A DNA stretch of 64,000 bases from Methyloradius palustris (GCF_019703875.1 NZ_AP024110.1:2455912-2519911); one strand, 5' to 3'. Positions 10,192 to 20,668 are shown, counted from the first letter of the stretch. Program-made: numbers and translations. Notes: generated by a model not told the origin, from the sequence alone.

Positions 10192-10770
10192 CTAAACAGC
10201 TAGTAAATAAGCCCCTGTCAGCAGCATCAAGCCGCCCATCACTAAATTGACTTGCTTGGCGATAGTCACGCGGCCAGACGATAACAACAGGCCAAGAGCG
10301 TGCAGCAAAGCAGTGGCGAGTAACATGCCCAGCATCACACTCCAGCCGCTAGAGAATGAAAGCTCAAGCCCATGCGCAAAACCGTGAAGCATGGCAAATA
10401 TAGCGGTCAAAGCTATCTGTATTGGGCGCTTAAGTGGTAATTGAATCAGTAGCAGCAAACCCATTGCCAGCACACTAGCGCTGACACCAATCTCAACACT
10501 GTCAGCATTTAGGTTTGCAGGCATCAAACCAGACATCGCGATTGCAGCGCCAAACGCCATCACCAAAACAAAAGTCACGGGTAACTGCCAACGCGCAGAG
10601 CCGCCAAGTTTGGCTGCCCACATGCCGATTGAGACCATGACCAGCAAATGATCAATCCCAGTAAGTGGATGTAGAAAACCAGCCAAAGCACCCTGCTCGG
10701 CATGGCCTGGATGCGCCATTGCTAGTGTTGAAAATAAACTAAAACTAATGGCGAGCAACATTTTTTTCAT
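10192..10770 (-). CDS. hupE: HupE/UreJ-family nickel transporter
   Basis: 192 aa; signal peptide then HPGHAE...FLHPLTGIDHLL motif characteristic of HupE/UreJ; sits at the end of the urease cluster. Confidence 0.85.
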   Translation of the reverse strand: MKKMLLAISFSLFSTLAMAHPGHAEQGALAGFLHPLTGIDHLLVMVSIGMWAAKLGGSARWQLPVTFVLVMAFGAAIAMSGLMPANLNADSVEIGVSASVLAMGLLLLIQLPLKRPIQIALTAIFAMLHGFAHGLELSFSSGWSVMLGMLLATALLHALGLLLSSGRVTIAKQVNLVMGGLMLLTGAYLLAV

Positions 10771-10824
10771 AGTGATTCTCCTTTTTCCAGTTCTGCAGCG
10801 TAAGTGATGCTTGGAGTTATAACC

Positions 10825-11472
10825 CTAAAGCATCAAGCCTTGTTTCTCGATAAAGCTAACAATCTCTTCCAAGCCCTGCCCAGTTTTTAAATTGGTAAAG
10901 ATAAACGGCCGCTCGCCACGCATACGCTTGGCATCTCTATCCATCACTTCGAGCGATGCGCCAACCATAGGGGCGAGATCGATTTTGTTGATGATCAACA
11001 AGTCAGACTTGGTAATACCAGGGCCACCTTTGCGTGGGATCTTCTCGCCAGCGGCGACATCAATTACATAAATGGTCAGATCAGACAACTCTGGGCTAAA
11101 GGTCGCCGCAAGGTTATCGCCGCCGCTTTCAACAAAAATAATATCCAGTGTTTTAAAGCGCTTACTAAGCTGAGCGACAGCTTCAAGATTCATAGAAGCA
11201 TCTTCGCGTATGGCGGTATGCGGGCAACCACCCGTTTCTACACCGATTATGCGATCGGGCGATAGAGCTTCATTACGAGTGAGAAACTCGGCATCTTCTT
11301 TGGTATAGATGTCGTTGGTCACAACAGCAATGTTATAAACATCGCGTAGCCGTTTGCATAACGATAGTGTCAGCGCCGTTTTACCCGAACCCACTGGGCC
11401 GCCTATGCCAACGCGTAAAGGCTCTTTATAGCTGGCAGTTGCTGCGATTGCTTCTTCAATAGTAAGTGTCAT
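10825..11472 (-). CDS. ureG: urease accessory GTPase UreG
   Basis: 215 aa; P-loop [11 protein letters not shown]; conserved [13 protein letters not shown] and ESGGDNL motifs. Confidence 0.95.
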   Translation of the reverse strand: MTLTIEEAIAATASYKEPLRVGIGGPVGSGKTALTLSLCKRLRDVYNIAVVTNDIYTKEDAEFLTRNEALSPDRIIGVETGGCPHTAIREDASMNLEAVAQLSKRFKTLDIIFVESGGDNLAATFSPELSDLTIYVIDVAAGEKIPRKGGPGITKSDLLIINKIDLAPMVGASLEVMDRDAKRMRGERPFIFTNLKTGQGLEEIVSFIEKQGLML

Positions 11473-12155
11473 GATCTAAATAGCCTACTGTACTGGGTCT
11501 CATGTTGACAGCCTGCAATCGTCAGGCTGGGTGCAAAATTGCTGATTTCATCGTCATCTAGTGCTATGGACTGGCTTACCAAGTCGGGTAATTGCTGGCC
11601 TAAACTCAATAATATTTTTTGCCCTGCGACTTGCCCAAGCGGTACCGTTTTCATGGCAGCGCTGGCCTGATTTTCTGCCCATGACCACGCATAGGCCTGT
11701 AGCATATCTGGTAACGGAATTGCCCAAACAGACGCAACACCCGCATACACGGCAGGAAAGCTAGGCTCGTGTAATGCATTAATCTTCGCCATAAAATCTG
11801 CAGGTAAATCATTCAAGTCGTTCAGCAAGCGGCAGAGTGAATAGCCCATTTGCTTGGTTTCAGCGAGTGATTCAGCCGTATCGCGCCCAGCCTGAAAAAA
11901 CGCATCCCATGTATTGACTGCCTGCATATCGCCTGCTTGCCAGGCTTGGTAAAGCCGATGCAATACTGGCAACTCAAAGCTGCCCTGATATATATGTAAT
12001 GCGTCGCTAATCCATTGCTTAGCGGTTGCCAGATCATGCACGTCGCCAGACTCAATCGCCCATTCCAAGCCTTGCGAATAACTATAAGCGCCCACTGGCA
12101 GCATAGTGCTGGCAAGTTGCAATAATCGGCTCAGCGCCAAACTGGAGCTAGCCAT
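11469..12155 (-). CDS. ureF: urease accessory protein UreF
   Basis: UreF-like helical protein; ORF-track start (12257) would overlap ureE by ~110 nt, so start placed at internal Met ([16 protein letters not shown]...). Start is uncertain. Confidence 0.8.
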   Translation of the reverse strand: MASSSLALSRLLQLASTMLPVGAYSYSQGLEWAIESGDVHDLATAKQWISDALHIYQGSFELPVLHRLYQAWQAGDMQAVNTWDAFFQAGRDTAESLAETKQMGYSLCRLLNDLNDLPADFMAKINALHEPSFPAVYAGVASVWAIPLPDMLQAYAWSWAENQASAAMKTVPLGQVAGQKILLSLGQQLPDLVSQSIALDDDEISNFAPSLTIAGCQHETQYSRLFRS

Positions 12156-12636
12156 GCCGCCCCAATCTCGCCGAGGGCAATCGTGCAATATCATCATCAT
12201 GATGGCGATGGCCGCCGCCGTAGGCGCCAGCTTCTGGCTCGAACGGTGCCTGTTCATCCGTTAATGTCATGCCCAAACCAACTAGCATGTCTTTTAGTAC
12301 ATGGTCTTGTTCCAGTAACAGCCAGCCATCGCCCACTTGCAATGGCACATGCCGATTGCCCAAATGATAAGCAGCGCCCATCAAGGCTTGCTGGTTTGAT
12401 GCTGTTACGCGAGTAACAGGCTCATTCGCTGCGACTATCTGCACCACGCGCCCGTCTTCCGCTTTCAACAAATCACCGCCACGCAGTATCGTGCCGCGAT
12501 CCAACATCAATGCGGCTTCCAGACCAGACTGCAGTGTGACCCGCAGACGACTTCTCTGGCGCAAATCAAACGGTAAAAGCAGTTGATCATCGATCTGGTG
12601 AAGTCCGGTCAGGCGTTGTGTAATATTTAGCATCAA
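12148..12636 (-). CDS. ureE: urease accessory metallochaperone UreE
   Basis: 162 aa; UreE N- and C-domain pattern; only a short His cluster ([10 protein letters not shown]) at the C-terminus. Confidence 0.85.
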   Translation of the reverse strand: MMLNITQRLTGLHQIDDQLLLPFDLRQRSRLRVTLQSGLEAALMLDRGTILRGGDLLKAEDGRVVQIVAANEPVTRVTASNQQALMGAAYHLGNRHVPLQVGDGWLLLEQDHVLKDMLVGLGMTLTDEQAPFEPEAGAYGGGHRHHDDDIARLPSARLGRHG

Positions 12637-14348
12637 AATAAAAAGTAACGTTGTGCCATTGGCAGCACGGATGCTGGCTCGCAGGTCAGCAACATGCCAT
12701 CGGCACGAACAATATAGGTTTCAGGGTCGACATCAATCACGGGCATCCAATTGTTATGAATCATGTCTTTTTTCTTTACGGTACGGGTACCGCTCACGGC
12801 CACAAGTGGCTTTTGCAGATTCAGCGCTTGGACTTCGGGATTTTCTAAACCAGCCTTTGAAACAAAAGTGACTGAAGTTTTTAGGCCACCGCCATAGGCA
12901 CCAAACATATGGCGATAATGCACAGGTTGTGGCGTAGGAATCGATGCATTGGGGTCGCCCATTGCGGCGGCGGCAATCATGCCGCCTTTGAGTATAGTCG
13001 ATGGTTTTACCCCGAAAAATGCAGGTCGCCAAATCACCAAATCAGCCAGTTTGCCGACTTCTATTGAACCAACGGTATGGGCAATACCATGTGTCAATGC
13101 TGGGTTGATGGTGTACTTTGCGATATAACGTTTCACGCGAAAGTTATCGTTACGCTCGGTATCTTCAGCCAGCGCGCCGCGCTGCATTTTCATTTTGTGC
13201 GCGGTTTGCCAGGTGCGAATGATCACTTCACCCACACGCCCCATGGCTTGTGAATCGGATGACATCATCGAGAACGCGCCGAGGTCATGCAGAATATCTT
13301 CTGCCGCAATCGTCTCGCGGCGAATGCGACTCTCGGCAAAGGCAATATCTTCGGCAATCGCGGGGTCAAGATGGTGGCAAACCATCAGCATATCCAGATG
13401 CTCGTCGATGGTATTGACAGTGAATGGCCGCGTTGGATTGGTAGAGGATGGCAATACGTTGACATAGCCAGCGGCTTTAATGATGTCTGGTGCGTGACCG
13501 CCTCCAGCGCCCTCTGTGTGGAATGTATGGATGGTGCGATCTTTAAACGCAGCGATTGTGGTTTCAACAAAACCAGATTCATTCAGCGTATCGCTATGAA
13601 TCGCTACCTGAATATCCATCTCTTCAGCAACGCTTAGGCAGTTATCAATAGCAGCGGGCGTTGTGCCCCAATCTTCATGCAGCTTAAGCCCGACGACACC
13701 TGCTTTGACTTGTTCTATCAAAGGCTCAGGCAGGCTGACATTGCCTTTACCCAGAAAACCAAGATTCATCGGGAAGGCATCTGCCGCTTGCAACATGCGA
13801 TGTATATGCCAAGGCCCTGGCGTACAAGTTGTAGCAAACGTACCCGTGGCAGGCCCAGTACCGCCGCCTATCATGGTGGTGACGCCAGACATCAGCGCCT
13901 CTTCAATCTGTTGCGGGCAGATGAAGTGAATGTGCGTGTCAATGCCGCCGGCGGTAACAATCATGCCTTCACCCGCGATAATTTCGGTACCTGCGCCAAT
14001 CGGTATCGTGACGCCTGGCTGTATATCTGGATTGCCAGCTTTGCCGATAGCCGAGATACGCCCGCCCTTGATACCAATGTCCGCTTTCACAATGCCCCAA
14101 TGATCGACAATCAAAGCATTGGTGATGACTGTATCAGCCACATCTTTGGCATTGAGTTGGCCTTGCCCCATACCATCACGGATAACCTTGCCACCACCAA
14201 ATTTCACTTCTTCGCCATAACAGCCAGCGAGCAAGGTGTAATCTTTTTCTACTTCTATCCAGAGTTCAGTGTCGGCCAGACGCACACAATCTCCCGTGGT
14301 CGGGCCAAACATTTCGGCATAGGCTCGCTTGTCTATCTTCACACTCAT
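12633..14348 (-). CDS. ureC: urease alpha subunit
   Basis: 571 aa; canonical UreC ([20 protein letters not shown]..., GGIDTHIHF, carbamylated-Lys region, MVCHHLD). Confidence 0.97.
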   Translation of the reverse strand: MSVKIDKRAYAEMFGPTTGDCVRLADTELWIEVEKDYTLLAGCYGEEVKFGGGKVIRDGMGQGQLNAKDVADTVITNALIVDHWGIVKADIGIKGGRISAIGKAGNPDIQPGVTIPIGAGTEIIAGEGMIVTAGGIDTHIHFICPQQIEEALMSGVTTMIGGGTGPATGTFATTCTPGPWHIHRMLQAADAFPMNLGFLGKGNVSLPEPLIEQVKAGVVGLKLHEDWGTTPAAIDNCLSVAEEMDIQVAIHSDTLNESGFVETTIAAFKDRTIHTFHTEGAGGGHAPDIIKAAGYVNVLPSSTNPTRPFTVNTIDEHLDMLMVCHHLDPAIAEDIAFAESRIRRETIAAEDILHDLGAFSMMSSDSQAMGRVGEVIIRTWQTAHKMKMQRGALAEDTERNDNFRVKRYIAKYTINPALTHGIAHTVGSIEVGKLADLVIWRPAFFGVKPSTILKGGMIAAAAMGDPNASIPTPQPVHYRHMFGAYGGGLKTSVTFVSKAGLENPEVQALNLQKPLVAVSGTRTVKKKDMIHNNWMPVIDVDPETYIVRADGMLLTCEPASVLPMAQRYFLF

Positions 14349-14653
14349 TTAAGCGCCCCCATCACCTTGCCTGCAAACCCATACACTTTGCGATCACCTG
14401 CTAATGCAACTAATTGCACCGTGCGGGTTTGGCCTGGTTCAAAGCGCACAGCCGTACCTGCAGCAATATCTAGCCGAAATCCATAAGCTGCTTGCCTGTT
14501 GAACGACAGCGCCTCGTTGGTCTCAAAAAAGTGATAGTGCGAGCCAATTTGGATTGGGCGATCACCTGTATTTGAGACATCAATGGTGACTGTCGGCCGA
14601 TCTACATTCAGCGTGATTTCACCCGACTCAATTTTCATTTCACCTGGAATCAT
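14345..14653 (-). CDS. ureB: urease beta subunit
   Basis: 102 aa; MIPGEM...EITLN...[13 protein letters not shown]. Confidence 0.95.
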   Translation of the reverse strand: MIPGEMKIESGEITLNVDRPTVTIDVSNTGDRPIQIGSHYHFFETNEALSFNRQAAYGFRLDIAAGTAVRFEPGQTRTVQLVALAGDRKVYGFAGKVMGALK

Positions 14654-14663
14654 ATGCGCCTCA

Positions 14664-14818
14664 AAAATGGATTTCCATGAGATAAGTTAAGGATAAAAAT
14701 GGATGAAGTACGAGGCGCCCGGAGCGCAGCAGCCGAGACAGTACAATAAGTACGGCAAGGTTGTGAGCACCGCGCAACGAAGTAATTCGCCATTTTGATT
14801 ATTAAATTACTCATGGAA
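14664..14818. repeat. intercistronic structured repeat element, copy A (core 14701-14791; arms TTCCATGAG / CTCATGGAA)
   Basis: About 85% identical over 91 nt to 18847-18937; flanked by a perfect 9-bp inverted repeat whose right arm overlaps the ureA stop codon and whose left arm abuts the ureB RBS. Confidence 0.7.
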
Positions 14819-15113
14819 TGGGTTGGTGGACAGTAACAAGTTTCGTTCCATCTGGGAAAGTCGCTTCAATCTGGATATCGGGAATCATCTCGGGAATACC
14901 TTCCATCACGTCATCACGTGTGAGTAAAGTAGCGCCATATCCCATAAGATATGCCACAGTCTGGCCATCGCGAGCGCCTTCCATGATGGCGGCAGAAATA
15001 TAGGCAATCGCCTCGGGATAATTCAGCTTAAGGCCGCGTGCCTTGCGCCGCTCGGCCAGTAGACCAGCGGTAAAAATCAGCAATTTATCTTTTTCGCGTG
15101 GGGTAAGTTCCAT
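14811..15113 (-). CDS. ureA: urease gamma subunit
   Basis: 100 aa; [35 protein letters not shown]... canonical UreA. Confidence 0.95.
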   Translation of the reverse strand: MELTPREKDKLLIFTAGLLAERRKARGLKLNYPEAIAYISAAIMEGARDGQTVAYLMGYGATLLTRDDVMEGIPEMIPDIQIEATFPDGTKLVTVHQPIP

Positions 15114-15135
15114 AATTCTATTCTCTCAAATTCAA

Positions 15136-16020
15136 TCAAGTGCTCCAGATGCGTGGTCTGGAACTTTGTCTTGTGGCATACCAAGGCCGTAGTATGTGCC
15201 ACAACGCTTCAAAATACTGTCGCGCGGATTGCGCTGAATGGCCAATATAACGTGCAGAAAAAATCTGCGGTAATGCTGTCAGGCCAATTTTTGAGGACTG
15301 ACCTGCCGAAACTTCTCTACAAGCTGCAATGATCTCTGCTGGCACAGCACCTGCCGCAACGACGAAACTGGCACTCACTACCTGCCCGCGCAAACCAGCC
15401 ATTGAAGCAAACGCTCGACTTTGTGGTGATAGATTTGTGCGCTCGTTCCAGATCAATTGATTGTTGCGCCTGATGGCCAAACGTTGATTGAGCTTACCTT
15501 GCAGCCATTCTTCATTGCTGGCTTGACGGCCAAAACAGAGAATATCCCACCCAGCAAACACAGCCTGTCCACCGAGATTAATCTCTGCTGATAAGGCAGT
15601 GTCCGAACCCTCAAACAATATATTCTCTTGCGGTAGCCACTCCAGTATCGCACTATCTTGTAAATCAAAATTCAGTTGCTGGCTGGCCTGCCGACCGTTG
15701 GACTTGTACCACTTTCCTGCACCTGGCGTGGTGAGCAGCACATGTGAGTGATTACTTTGCTGCACATTGAGCGTTAAGGCATCACCGCCAGCAACACCGC
15801 CCGGCGGGTGCACGATAATCGCATGGCTGACGACCTCACCTTCTGGATACAACACTTTCTGGATGACCAAAGGGCCTTCATGCTGCTTACGGGCTAATAC
15901 CGTGCGTCCATTTTTCTCTACGAAATCCAGGCTTAGTTTTGCGCGCCAGTTGAGGCTAGCAACTGCTGCTTGTCTTGCCGACAATTCTGACTGCTGTAAA
16001 TAGGCATCATCCATCAACAC
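15136..16020 (-). CDS. ureD: urease accessory protein UreD/UreH
   Basis: 294 aa; UreD-family pattern; position directly upstream of ureA. Confidence 0.85.
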   Translation of the reverse strand: MLMDDAYLQQSELSARQAAVASLNWRAKLSLDFVEKNGRTVLARKQHEGPLVIQKVLYPEGEVVSHAIIVHPPGGVAGGDALTLNVQQSNHSHVLLTTPGAGKWYKSNGRQASQQLNFDLQDSAILEWLPQENILFEGSDTALSAEINLGGQAVFAGWDILCFGRQASNEEWLQGKLNQRLAIRRNNQLIWNERTNLSPQSRAFASMAGLRGQVVSASFVVAAGAVPAEIIAACREVSAGQSSKIGLTALPQIFSARYIGHSAQSARQYFEALWHILRPWYATRQSSRPRIWST

Positions 16021-16065
16021 ATATTGCCACGAATCTGGGTCAGTTCGTAATATTGGAAGCAGAAA

Positions 16066-16764
16066 CTATAGCGCAACAAAGTTACGGATATTGTCTTTTT
16101 CCATATCTTCGCCCAGACCGTTTTTCACCACTTGGCCGCGTGACATCACCAGATAATGATCAGCCAGCGCCTCGGCGAAATCGTAATATTGTTCTACCAG
16201 CAGAATCGCCATATCACCACGCTCAGAAAGCATTTTGATCACGCGTTCGATGTCTTTGATAATAGAAGGCTGAATGCCTTCAGTCGGCTCATCGAGTATC
16301 AATAATTTAGGCCGAGAAATCAGCGCGCGGGCAATCGCCAATTGTTGTTGTTGCCCGCCAGAAAGATCGCCGCCACGTCTATACAGCATCTGCTTCAGCA
16401 CGGGGAACATGTCATAAATGTCTTCAGGTATCTGCGATGCCGCTTTGCCTTTCACTACAGCCAAACCCATGTGCAAATTTTCTTCTACCGTAAGGCGGCT
16501 GAATATCTCACGGCCTTGTGGCACATAGGCCATGCCTAAAGCGGCACGTTCGTATGGTTTGAGGTTGGTAATGTCTTTACCATCCAGAAAAATGTGGCCC
16601 GTTTTAACAGGCAACACGCCCATCAGGCATTTGAGTAAGGTGGTTTTTCCTACACCGTTACGGCCTAGCAATACGGTACAGGCACTCATAGGCGCAGCAA
16701 GTGAAACATCACGAAGAATCTGGCTGCCGCCGTAGAATTGGTTGATGGCTTTTACTTCTAACAT
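16066..16764 (-). CDS. urtE: urea ABC transporter ATP-binding protein UrtE
   Basis: 232 aa LivF-like ATPase (GRNGVGKTT, LSGGQQQ, LILDEP) at the end of the urt operon. Confidence 0.9.
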   Translation of the reverse strand: MLEVKAINQFYGGSQILRDVSLAAPMSACTVLLGRNGVGKTTLLKCLMGVLPVKTGHIFLDGKDITNLKPYERAALGMAYVPQGREIFSRLTVEENLHMGLAVVKGKAASQIPEDIYDMFPVLKQMLYRRGGDLSGGQQQQLAIARALISRPKLLILDEPTEGIQPSIIKDIERVIKMLSERGDMAILLVEQYYDFAEALADHYLVMSRGQVVKNGLGEDMEKDNIRNFVAL

Positions 16765-16769
16765 ATTGA

Positions 16770-17591
16770 TTAGCGCCCCAAATAAACTTCTATGACTTGT
16801 TCGTTAGACTGCACTTGCTCCATCGAACCCTCAGCAAGCACGCTGCCTTGATGCAGCACGGTCACTTTGCGTGCGATGCTATTTACGAAATCCATGTCGT
16901 GTTCAACCACCATAATTGAATGCTTGCCTGCCAGGCTATTTAACAACTCGGCAGTACGTTCGGTTTCATGATCGGTCATACCGGCCACAGGCTCATCCAG
17001 CAGCAAAAGTTTAGGTTCTTGCGCCAGCAACATGCCGATTTCAAGCCACTGTTTTTGCCCGTGCGATAACAAGCCTGAGCGCATTTTGTGGGAATCTTGC
17101 AGGTTGATGGTAGTGAGAATTTCGGCAATACGGTCCAGCTGCTCGCCAGAAAGCTTGCCGAATAATGAGTTCCAGATACCTTTATCAGTCTTCATCGCCA
17201 ATTCGAGATTTTCAAATACCGTATGGTTTTCAAACACCGTTGGCTTCTGAAATTTACGTCCGATGCCAGCCTGCGCAATTTGCGGCTCGGTCATCTTGGA
17301 GCAATCCATGGTTTGCCCAAAAAACACCGTGCCTGTATCTGGCCGCGTTTTGCCAGTGATGACGTCCATCATGGTGGTCTTACCGGCGCCATTAGGGCCG
17401 ATAATGCAGCGTAGTTCGCCTACATCAATTGATAGCGATAATTTGTTAAGTGCCCTGAATCCATCAAAACTAACGGTGATGTCTTCCAGATAAAGCACCA
17501 CACCATGCGTGGTATCTAGCACACCAGGCTGGTAGAGACTGCCACTCCCACGAACGTCAGTGGCAGGTTGCGAAATACTATTTTCAACCAT
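16770..17591 (-). CDS. urtD: urea ABC transporter ATP-binding protein UrtD
   Basis: 273 aa LivG-like ATPase with N-terminal extension typical of UrtD (GPNGAGKTT, LSHGQKQ, LLLDEP). Confidence 0.9.
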   Translation of the reverse strand: MVENSISQPATDVRGSGSLYQPGVLDTTHGVVLYLEDITVSFDGFRALNKLSLSIDVGELRCIIGPNGAGKTTMMDVITGKTRPDTGTVFFGQTMDCSKMTEPQIAQAGIGRKFQKPTVFENHTVFENLELAMKTDKGIWNSLFGKLSGEQLDRIAEILTTINLQDSHKMRSGLLSHGQKQWLEIGMLLAQEPKLLLLDEPVAGMTDHETERTAELLNSLAGKHSIMVVEHDMDFVNSIARKVTVLHQGSVLAEGSMEQVQSNEQVIEVYLGR

Positions 17592-18760
17592 TATGCTTGC
17601 CCCGCTTCTCCGTCAACTGCGTTGCTTGGTAACTCATTTTCTGTCTTCTTGGCTTTTAGTTTTGACTTCACTTTTCCAAATAAACCTAATACCCCTTGCG
17701 GTAAGTAGAGCGTTGCCAAGACAAACAACAAGCCTAAAAAGTACAGCCAATATTCAGGGAATGCCTGGGTAAAGTAGCTCTTGGCACCATTCACAATACC
17801 CGCACCCAACAATGGCCCAATCAGCGTGCCACGACCGCCGACCGCTGCCCAGATAGCAATTTCAATGGAGTTGGCTGGTGACATCTCGCTGGGGTTGATG
17901 ATGCCAACCTGCGGCACATATAAAGCCCCTGCAATACCGCAAATGACTGCAGAAAATGTCCAGATCGCCAGCTTGTAATGCAGCGGGTTGTAGCCAGAGA
18001 ACATCACTCGGGATTCTGCATCGCGTATAGCTGTGAGCACGCGGCCAAATTTACTGGTCACGATTGCACGCGAAATAATCAGGAAAGCAACCAGCAATAT
18101 GCCTGTAATCACAAACAAGGCCATGCGCATTTGCCCAGTAGTAATTGGGATATCCAGCAGGCGCTTGAAATCGGTAAAGCCATTATTACCGCCAAAGCCT
18201 GTTTCATTGCGGAAGAACAGCAGCATGAAAGCGTATGTCATGGCTTGCGTGATGATAGAAAAATAAACACCCTTGATGCGTGACCTAAAGGCAAAGTAAC
18301 CGAAGATAAAAGCCAACACGCCCGGCACCAACACCACGAGCAGCAAGGCAAACCAGAAGTGATCCGTCATCGCCCAATACCAAGGGTAAGTCTTCCAATC
18401 CAAGAACACCATAAAGTCTGGCAGATTGCTATGGTAGCTACCATCGGTGCCAATCTGGCGCATCAAGTACATACCGAATGCATAGCCACCCAGCGCAAAA
18501 AACAGGCCGTGACCTAAACTTAATATGCCTGTGTAGCCCCAAACCAAGTCCATCGCCAAGGCGACAAAGGCGTAACAAAGTATCTTGCCGCAGAGCGCTA
18601 CGGTGTAATCGGAGATATAAAAAACACTGGTTTCTGGCACCAGCAAATTAAAAACGGGGAACACCACACAGACAACAGCCAGTGCTATCGCCAGCGCCAA
18701 CCAGGCTTTACTGCTGTAAAGCCGATGTACCAGCGTTGGTTGCGGAAATTTCTCATGCAT
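17591..18760 (-). CDS. urtC: urea ABC transporter permease UrtC
   Basis: 389 aa LivM-like polytopic permease; start codon overlaps urtD stop. Confidence 0.9.
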   Translation of the reverse strand: MHEKFPQPTLVHRLYSSKAWLALAIALAVVCVVFPVFNLLVPETSVFYISDYTVALCGKILCYAFVALAMDLVWGYTGILSLGHGLFFALGGYAFGMYLMRQIGTDGSYHSNLPDFMVFLDWKTYPWYWAMTDHFWFALLLVVLVPGVLAFIFGYFAFRSRIKGVYFSIITQAMTYAFMLLFFRNETGFGGNNGFTDFKRLLDIPITTGQMRMALFVITGILLVAFLIISRAIVTSKFGRVLTAIRDAESRVMFSGYNPLHYKLAIWTFSAVICGIAGALYVPQVGIINPSEMSPANSIEIAIWAAVGGRGTLIGPLLGAGIVNGAKSYFTQAFPEYWLYFLGLLFVLATLYLPQGVLGLFGKVKSKLKAKKTENELPSNAVDGEAGQA

Positions 18761-18824
18761 GGTTTTGCTTCCTTATTACTAATGCGTTATTGGCAGCTAA
18801 TAATCTGATTTGATACTTAAAGAA

Positions 18825-18959
18825 ACGCGGAATAAGTCGTTGAGCGGGATGAAGTGCAAGGCGCACGGAACGCAGGAACCGAGACAGTACATAGAGTACG
18901 GCGAGGTTGCGAGTACCGCGCAACGCAGCAATTCGCCCGCGCAGACACTTATTCCGTGT
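18825..18959. repeat. intercistronic structured repeat element, copy B (core 18847-18937; arms ACGCGGAATAAGT / ACTTATTCCGTGT)
   Basis: Second copy of the 91-nt core, nested in a 13-bp inverted repeat (12/13 paired; the mismatch is a G.U wobble only on the plus-strand RNA); lies between urtB stop and urtC start. Confidence 0.7.
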
Positions 18960-18963
18960 TTCC

Positions 18964-20613
18964 TTAATCAATTTGCCGACCTTTGAATGCAAACAACCCT
19001 TGCGGACGTTTCTGGATAAAGATAACCACCATAACCAAAATGAATATCTTGGCCAGCACCGCACCAGCAAAGCCTTCCAGCACTTTGCTTAAAATGCCCA
19101 GGCCCATCGCTGCATAAACAGCACCCGCCAATTGGCCCACACCACCCAATACCACCACGATGAATGAATCCACAATATAGCTTTGGCCTAATGCAGGGCC
19201 TACGTTACCAATCTGCGAGAGAGCAACGCCTGCCAGGCCCGCAATACCAGAACCCAAACCAAAAGCTAGCGCATCGATCTTGCTGGTGTTCACCCCTATG
19301 CAACTCGCCATACCGCGATTCTGGGTTACTGCGCGGATAAACAAGCCAAGGCGGGTTTTGCTGATCATGAGCCAGACTAATAACAGCACACCAATCGCAA
19401 ATGCGATAATCAGTATGCGGTTGTAAGGCAGTACTAAGTTAGATGCGAATTCGATACCCCCAGACATCCAGGCTGGGTTTTCCACGCTTACGTTCTGTGC
19501 GCCAAAGATGGTACGAACGGCTTGGATAAGAATAAGACTGACACCCCATGTGGCCAATAATGTTTCGAGTGGGCGGCCATATAAAAAACGAATGACGGTT
19601 TTTTCAAGCACAATGCCAACCAGCGCAGTAATGATAAAGGCCGCTGGAATGGCTGCCAGCAGGTACCACTGGAATCCGCCAGGAAAATGCTGAATAAATA
19701 TGTTTTGCACAGCGTAAGTAACGTAGGCACCTATCATCATCATTTCACCGTGCGCCATGTTGATCACACCCATCAGGCCATACGTCACGGCCAGGCCAAG
19801 TGCGGCAAGCAGCAAAATACTGCCCAAGCTAATGCCTGTAAATAACTGGCCTAATCTATCAAACAGGGCAAGGTGGCTATCGATAGATTTCAGCGCATCT
19901 TGTATAGCTGTTTTGACTTCTGGATCCGTTTCTCCATCGGGCGCCAAGCGGGTAGATAACATTTGTTTGATATTGGCATTGGTGGCTTTTGACAAAGCTT
20001 CTGCAGCAGCTAAGCGAGTGGCTTTATCTGGGCTGGTCAGCTCAATACTGGAGCGCACTTCAGCCAGTGCATCGTGGATTTTAGATTCGGTCTCTTTGGC
20101 TTCCACTTGTTTGATAATCGCCAAGCGTGCGTCATTTGCCTCTGTTCCAAGTAAGGATTTAGCGGCATCCAGACGTACTTTGGGGTCAGTAGATAAAAGG
20201 TTGAGTGTGGCGATTGCTGCATCCAACTCTGAACCCATCTGGTTATTGTTCACTACGTCATCTGCATCTTCAGGTAGATCAACTGGCTTGCCAGTCAGTG
20301 CATCTATGGTCGCTTCATCAGTGACGATATAGACGCTCTTACCTTTAGTTTTGACTGCATCATCTTGCAGTTGCTGTAAAAATGGAATGGCACTCATGTC
20401 ACCTTTGGCCATCACAGTGTTTAATACGGCAATTCGGGGCTCGTTATCGCCTATCGCCAAGCCTATAATTTCATCGCTAGTTAATGCTGAAGCGTTTGCA
20501 GAAGCCAGTAACATCACTATTGAAAAACCCATCATTAAACGATGAATAACTGCTGATGAAACTGCCGCAAAACGGTGTTTGAATCGGATGGAAAATAACT
20601 GACTTGATGGCAT
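18964..20613 (-). CDS. urtB: urea ABC transporter permease UrtB with ~250-aa N-terminal periplasmic extension
   Basis: C-terminal 300 aa is a LivH-like permease; N-terminal part has a signal-peptide-like segment and a soluble Ala/Asp/Lys-rich domain. True start may be an internal Met (MMGFSIVMLLASANASA). Confidence 0.85.
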   Translation of the reverse strand: MPSSQLFSIRFKHRFAAVSSAVIHRLMMGFSIVMLLASANASALTSDEIIGLAIGDNEPRIAVLNTVMAKGDMSAIPFLQQLQDDAVKTKGKSVYIVTDEATIDALTGKPVDLPEDADDVVNNNQMGSELDAAIATLNLLSTDPKVRLDAAKSLLGTEANDARLAIIKQVEAKETESKIHDALAEVRSSIELTSPDKATRLAAAEALSKATNANIKQMLSTRLAPDGETDPEVKTAIQDALKSIDSHLALFDRLGQLFTGISLGSILLLAALGLAVTYGLMGVINMAHGEMMMIGAYVTYAVQNIFIQHFPGGFQWYLLAAIPAAFIITALVGIVLEKTVIRFLYGRPLETLLATWGVSLILIQAVRTIFGAQNVSVENPAWMSGGIEFASNLVLPYNRILIIAFAIGVLLLVWLMISKTRLGLFIRAVTQNRGMASCIGVNTSKIDALAFGLGSGIAGLAGVALSQIGNVGPALGQSYIVDSFIVVVLGGVGQLAGAVYAAMGLGILSKVLEGFAGAVLAKIFILVMVVIFIQKRPQGLFAFKGRQID

Positions 20614-20642
20614 AAGAACTCTCGGTCATGTTCACACAGAAA

Positions 20643-20668
20643 CCGCTACGGGGGTTAGCCCGTAGCGG
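20643..20668 (-). terminator. intercistronic stem-loop (partial terminator/attenuator) between urtA and urtB
   Basis: Perfect 10-bp inverted repeat CCGCTACGGG/CCCGTAGCGG with 6-nt loop, followed on the minus strand by UUUCUGUGUG; 30 nt upstream of urtB start. Confidence 0.5.

Noticed and set aside
11469-12257. Long form of ureF overlapping ureE by about 110 nt
   Set aside because: Such an overlap is unusual. The internal Met (MASSS...) gives a 7-nt spacing to the ureE stop and a typical UreF length. The short form is preferred, with the start uncertain.
18753-19070. 105-aa minus-strand ORF spanning the urtB/urtC gap
   Set aside because: It overlaps repeat copy B and the 3' end of urtB, has an Arg/Trp-rich low-complexity composition and no RBS. 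It is a spurious ORF created by the repeat.
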